Positions 49,771-53,272 of a stretch of 53,272 bases of DNA are shown here, piece by piece. The stretch lies in IMG/VR virus record IMGVR_UViG_3300045988_098362. One strand, given 5' to 3'. Numbering within the stretch: position 1 is the stretch's first letter; the number at the start of each line of letters is the position of its first letter. The notes under the pieces are model-generated. The model had not been told where the DNA came from. It ran no database searches and saw only the letters and a program-made list of their open reading frames with translations. The DNA comes from a virus. A program made the position numbers and the translations under genes.

Positions 49771-50628
49771 ATGGCAACTGGTAAACGGTACTACTGGATA
49801 AAACTCAAGGATTCGTTTATGAATTCCGAGGTGGTCGATTTCCTGATGAGCCAGCCCAACGGTGCCAACTACGTTGTCCTTTATCAAATGCTCTGTCTCA
49901 AAACCATCAATACGGGTGGTCGCCTTACATGCCAGATAGGCGATGTCATCATACCGTTCGATATGGGAAAGATTCAGCGTGACTGCAAGTGGTTCTCGCT
50001 GGACACCATCCGCATTGCGCTGGGGCTTTATAAACAACTCGGACTTATCTACGAGGAACAGGACGGAACGCTCGTTCTTGTCAACCATGCTGAAATGGTC
50101 GGCAGTGAAACCGATTATGCTGAAAAGAACCGCAGAATGCGCAGTAATGCAGCAAACAAACGGTTACAGGCTGGACAATATAGCGGACACGAAAGCGGAC
50201 ACAATGTGTCCGATGATTGTGGAGAAAATGTCCCCATAGATATAAGAGATAAGAGAAAAGATATAAGAGATATAGAGAATAGAGATAAAGACGATGGTAC
50301 GGCGGCTGTCGATGCTGGCCTGTCTGAGATTATCCGCTCTTTCGAGGACAACATTGGCAGCTTCCCCCCGGCGGCGAGTGATGCCCTGATGGGCTGGCGG
50401 GAGATTTTCACAGATGACCTCATCTTGCTGGCCATCAAAAAGGCTGCACTGGCCGGGATTCGGAAGTGGAACTACGTCAACGGCGTCCTAAAAGCATGGA
50501 AAACTGAGGGCGTAAAAACCATTGGTGATGTGCAGTCCCGCGATGATCGGCGCAAGCCCCCGGCGGGTCAGCAGCAAAAGCCCTCCGCCAAGGATGATTA
50601 TGACGCAATTTTCGGAGGTTTAGGATGA
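49771..50628 (+). CDS. Replisome organiser with a DnaD-like C-terminal domain
   Basis: The N-terminus KRYYWIKLKDSFMNSEVVDFLMSQPNGANYVVLYQMLC resembles a phage replisome-organiser N-domain. The C-terminus LLAIKKAALAGIRKWNYVNGVLKAWKTEGVKT resembles a DnaD domain. Confidence 0.65.
   Translation: MATGKRYYWIKLKDSFMNSEVVDFLMSQPNGANYVVLYQMLCLKTINTGGRLTCQIGDVIIPFDMGKIQRDCKWFSLDTIRIALGLYKQLGLIYEEQDGTLVLVNHAEMVGSETDYAEKNRRMRSNAANKRLQAGQYSGHESGHNVSDDCGENVPIDIRDKRKDIRDIENRDKDDGTAAVDAGLSEIIRSFEDNIGSFPPAASDALMGWREIFTDDLILLAIKKAALAGIRKWNYVNGVLKAWKTEGVKTIGDVQSRDDRRKPPAGQQQKPSAKDDYDAIFGGLG
50236..50290. repeat. AT-rich iteron-like repeats inside the replisome-organiser gene (candidate ori)
   Basis: AGATATAAGAGA occurs at 50238 and 50259 (21-bp spacing), followed by ATAGAGA-ATAGAGATA. 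The region is purine- and AT-rich within a GC-rich genome. Confidence 0.5.
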
Positions 50629-51197
50629 CAGTTGAATGTTTGAAGAATGCGCTGGCACTGATTGAAAACTACTTTGGTCGGCCGCTTTCTACTGATGAGC
50701 GCACAGCTCGGTCGCAGATTTACGCCGCTGCACTCAAAGACATCCCGGATGATGTGGCCGCTGCGGCACTGACAAAGGCGCTGACGGTATGCCGGTATCA
50801 GAACCAGCTTTTGGTTGACTGGTGCGCAGAAATCCGCAAGTTGCAGAGTGCCGCGCTTCCCTCGGTAAATGATTTGTGGACGCAGGCCATCGTTGCCGCC
50901 CGGAAGATTGAGCGGAACCAGTACTATGCCACCCATGGCGGGCTGGTGACGGCCACCGGGAAGCTGACCGCAGAGGACTTCCGGGCAGAGAACAGGAGCA
51001 TCTTCGGTGCCTTGCCTACCGCCGTGCGGGAATGGGCTGGCTCCCCGGCGGGGCTGGTGGATGCTCTTGACCGCTCCAATGCGGATCTCTTGCAGTACGT
51101 CAAGCCCGGTTTCGTCAAGGCAGTGGATGCTGCCAAGGATGCAGATCGAATGCCCCCGGCACTGCCCGGCGGGGCAAAGGCTCAGATTGGAGGTTGA
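50625..51197 (+). CDS. Replication-module hypothetical protein (190 aa; possibly helicase-loader related)
   Basis: ATGA coupling to the replisome organiser. I have no confident family assignment. Confidence 0.35.
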   Translation: MTVECLKNALALIENYFGRPLSTDERTARSQIYAAALKDIPDDVAAAALTKALTVCRYQNQLLVDWCAEIRKLQSAALPSVNDLWTQAIVAARKIERNQYYATHGGLVTATGKLTAEDFRAENRSIFGALPTAVREWAGSPAGLVDALDRSNADLLQYVKPGFVKAVDAAKDADRMPPALPGGAKAQIGG

Positions 51198-51198
51198 A

Positions 51199-51762
51199 AT
51201 GCAGTTTCGTTCTATCGTGTCGCTGGCCTGTGCAGTCAGCCTTTTTACCGGCAGCGCTCTTGCCAGCGCGGTCTATGCCCGCCGGGTGGATGAACTCACC
51301 ATGGAGAGGGACATTTACGCCAGCCGGGAAGAAAACTGGATGAACAAGGCCGTGGAGCGCAAGGAAACCATTGAGCAGTTGCAGACCGAGGTTGAGAAGC
51401 TCACGGACACCATTGCCGCAGATCAGAGCATTGCCCTTACATACGCAGGGGAGTTTCACTGCACAGCCTACTGCTCCGAGGAATACCCGCATATCTGCGG
51501 GGAGGGGCAGGGCATCACTTCCAGCGGCGCAAAGGTTCAGCCGGGCGTGACGGTGGCCGCAGACACCAGCATCTTTCCCTATGGCACGGTCATTCTGATT
51601 GAGGGCGTAGGGATGAGAGTGGTACAGGATACCGGCTCGCTCATCAAGGAAAATGCCTTAGATGTGGCCGTAGGCACCCATGCGGAAGCGATTGCGTGGT
51701 CTGGCTGGGGTTCTCACAAGGTCTGGATTGTGACGGGAGGTGAGACGGATGCCGCTGAATGA
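51199..51762 (+). CDS. Secreted 3D-domain (MltA/RlpA-like) protein
   Basis: A GGAGGT SD lies upstream of ATG 51199. It has a signal-peptide-like N-terminus (MQFRSIVSLACAVSLFTGSALASA). FHCTAYC...GITSSGAKVQPGVTVAADTSIFPYGTVILIEGVGMRVVQDTG matches the 3D-domain pattern. Confidence 0.6.
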   Translation: MQFRSIVSLACAVSLFTGSALASAVYARRVDELTMERDIYASREENWMNKAVERKETIEQLQTEVEKLTDTIAADQSIALTYAGEFHCTAYCSEEYPHICGEGQGITSSGAKVQPGVTVAADTSIFPYGTVILIEGVGMRVVQDTGSLIKENALDVAVGTHAEAIAWSGWGSHKVWIVTGGETDAAE

Positions 51763-52075
51763 GTACGGCGAAAAGCTGGATTCCAACGGCTATGCACCCA
51801 GCATCCTGCATGATAAGCCGGTCTGCCTGATCTGCGGGCGGTATGGTACAGCACGGCATGAGGTGTACTTCGGGAGTGCCTACCGGGCAAAGAGCAAGCG
51901 TCTGGGCCTGTGGGTGACACTTTGCCCGTGGTGCCATCAGAACGGCCCGACCGCCATCCACAACAATCGTGATGCTGATCTCCGGCTGAAGCGCTGGGCG
52001 CAGAAAAAGGCTATGGAACACTACGGCTGGCCGGAAGCCCGGTTTATTCAGGAATTTGGGAGGTCGTATTTATGA
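51749..52075 (+). CDS. Cys4/His zinc-finger protein, NinG/HNH-like
   Basis: CLICGRYGTARHEVYFG...LCPWCHQNGPTAIH. A GGGAGGTGAG SD lies upstream of ATG 51749. Confidence 0.35.
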   Translation: MPLNEYGEKLDSNGYAPSILHDKPVCLICGRYGTARHEVYFGSAYRAKSKRLGLWVTLCPWCHQNGPTAIHNNRDADLRLKRWAQKKAMEHYGWPEARFIQEFGRSYL

Positions 52076-52593
52076 GTGAAAAATGCCCGATTATTGCCAT
52101 TGATCCGGGCAACAGGCAGAGCGCCTACTGCGTTATCGACTGCAACACATTGAGGCCGCTGGAGTTCGGCAAGGTCGACAACGAAGAATTGCGCAACAAG
52201 CTGGTTTTCGCCAATGAACAGGACTGGCAGTGGGCGGCCATTGAAATGGTGGCTTCCTACGGCATGGCCGTAGGCAGGGAAGTGTTTGATACCGTCCTCT
52301 GGATTGGGCGTTTCTATGAAGCACTGTCCATCCAGATGGCGCAGAAGCCGCGGCTTCTCTGCCGCATCGAAGAAAAGCGGCACATCTGCCATGACAGCCG
52401 GGCAAATGACCCGGCCATCCGGCGGGCGCTGATTGACCGTTTCGCAACCCACGATTTGAAAAACGGAAAAGGCACCAGCAAGAACCCGGATTTTTTCTAC
52501 GGTTTCAAAGCGGACATCTGGGCGGCATACGCCGTCGGGCTGACTGCCATTGAAAATCACAATAACGATTACAAAATTTCATCTGATTGCTGA
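52072..52593 (+). CDS. RuvC-like Holliday-junction resolvase
   Basis: IIAIDPGNRQSAY (first catalytic Asp) and AIEMVASYGMAVG (Glu) resemble phage-type RuvC. Confidence 0.6.
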   Translation: MSEKCPIIAIDPGNRQSAYCVIDCNTLRPLEFGKVDNEELRNKLVFANEQDWQWAAIEMVASYGMAVGREVFDTVLWIGRFYEALSIQMAQKPRLLCRIEEKRHICHDSRANDPAIRRALIDRFATHDLKNGKGTSKNPDFFYGFKADIWAAYAVGLTAIENHNNDYKISSDC

Positions 52594-52607
52594 AAGGAGT
52601 ACATACC

Positions 52608-53105
52608 ATGAGTGAAATTTCCAACTACGAGGCCCAGAAGAAAAAGCTGCAGGGCCTGTGCGATGAGCACAACTTCACGTTCCGCTTCTTCAAGGATCGC
52701 TATCCCATCACGCTGGTGATCACCCCCATCAACGACGTTGCCACCCAGATGGATATGCTGGGCAATGTGGAAGAAACCGGCTATTGCAGTCAGGATTCTT
52801 CTATGTGCTGGTACTTTGAGAACAGCGAGCTGAAGACCAAGGTCAAGGGTACGTTCAGCATCGACAAGGTTCTCCGCACCAAGATTGAAAACATCCTGCT
52901 GAAGATGATCTCTTTCTGGCAGCAGTTCTTCTTCCGTGACCTGATGGAGAACGGCAAACTCCGCAACTTCGGCGTGCCGGTGCCTGATGTGCCGGATTCC
53001 AATTCTCAGCGGGACTCTCAGCAGGATACCAAGCAGGATGCCCCGCAGGACGACCCCGACGATGAACCGTCCGAGGACTCCGCTGAGGACGACACGGAGG
53101 AATAA
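52608..53105 (+). CDS. Hypothetical protein with an acidic C-terminal tail (165 aa)
   Basis: An AAAGGAG SD lies upstream of ATG 52608. The tail is DAPQDDPDDEPSEDSAEDDTEE. Confidence 0.4.
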   Translation: MSEISNYEAQKKKLQGLCDEHNFTFRFFKDRYPITLVITPINDVATQMDMLGNVEETGYCSQDSSMCWYFENSELKTKVKGTFSIDKVLRTKIENILLKMISFWQQFFFRDLMENGKLRNFGVPVPDVPDSNSQRDSQQDTKQDAPQDDPDDEPSEDSAEDDTEE

Positions 53106-53108
53106 TCC

Positions 53109-53272
53109 ATGGCAAAGGCAGCAGTAACGCGCAGCATCCGGGACGACCACCAGAAGAATTTCCTCAAAATCTTCAATGGCCTGACCGGAAAACATAGCCG
53201 CTGGGAGATTTGGGAGGATTTCGTCACCCTGACCGCTATTGAGATCTCAAACAGCACGGACAAGGTAAACGC
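53109..53272 (+). CDS. 5' part of the junction-spanning methyltransferase-like gene (continues at base 56 after removing the overlap)
   Basis: ATG 53109 gives MAKAAVTRSIRDDHQKNFLKIFNGLTGKHSRWEIWEDFVTLTAIEISNSTDKVN. The frame is continuous with 1-785. Confidence 0.6.
   Translation, partial: MAKAAVTRSIRDDHQKNFLKIFNGLTGKHSRWEIWEDFVTLTAIEISNSTDKVN
53218..53272. repeat. Terminal direct repeat (right copy)
   Basis: Identical to bases 1-55. Confidence 0.95.

Larger units (their letters stand above)
1..53272. mobile_element. Complete temperate myovirus-type phage genome, circularly closed (unique length 53,217 bp)
   Basis: Full set of packaging, head, contractile-tail, lysis, integrase, repressor and replication genes. 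The exact 55-bp repeat at both ends shows the contig closes on itself. Confidence 0.85.

Noticed and set aside
1-53272. A search for tRNA, rRNA and CRISPR arrays, and for a second VR targeted by the same TR.
   Set aside because: I saw no cloverleaf-like or rRNA-like segments and no regularly spaced direct repeats with spacers. The conserved A-free TR core (ttctgcgcggtttcgtcgtcggggtcgttggact) appears only at the VR and the TR by eye. A computational scan (tRNAscan-SE, a CRISPR finder, BLAST of the TR against the genome) would be needed to be certain.

Overview
The window is a complete, circularly closed genome of a temperate dsDNA phage with a contractile tail (myovirus type). Bases 1-55 are repeated exactly at 53218-53272, which looks like an assembly overlap. 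The unique genome is therefore 53,217 bp, and one gene (methyltransferase-like) spans the junction.

Layout, + strand unless noted:
- 1-5517: early and accessory genes, including a ParB-like protein, several Cys-rich zinc-ribbon proteins, an ASCH protein, a small HTH protein and a sigma-region-4-like late regulator.
- 5892-8488: a putative 7-deazaguanine DNA-modification module (ParB/DpdB-like, QueD-fold, DpdA-like TGT paralog, YhhQ precursor transporter).
- 8568-16063: terminase small and large subunits, a portal-MuF fusion, prohead protease and an HK97-type capsid.
- 16116-31122: neck, sheath, tube, chaperone, tape measure, a PBSX/Mu/P2-like baseplate and two fibre genes.
- 31127-35208: a complete diversity-generating retroelement (DGR) with a fibre-like target carrying the VR, then an RHH gene, an Avd-like gene, the TR and a reverse transcriptase.
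- 35160-37526: XkdX-like, XhlA-like, M15 endolysin and holin genes.
- 37692-39992 (- strand): a cargo operon of seven small unknown genes, driven from a hub of consensus promoters that also carries a candidate antisense sRNA.
- 40172-40685: two convergent paralogous small HTH genes.
- 40932-42476 (- strand): a large serine integrase, with a candidate sRNA upstream of it.
- 42792-43527: a CI/Cro-type switch with AAGTTAC operators.
- 44256-53105: a recombination and replication module (DUF932-like, RecT, MBL, NinB-like, SSB, DnaD-type replisome organiser with an iteron-like ori, RuvC-like resolvase).

I recognised no rRNA, tRNA or CRISPR array by eye. The host is probably a GC-rich Clostridia-type gut bacterium, but that is a guess I cannot verify here.

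The strongest finding is the DGR: 13 of 13 VR/TR mismatches in the variable stretch fall on TR adenines. Next are the deazaguanine salvage module and the promoter/antisense hub controlling the cargo operon. All family assignments come from motif recognition by eye; no database search was run.
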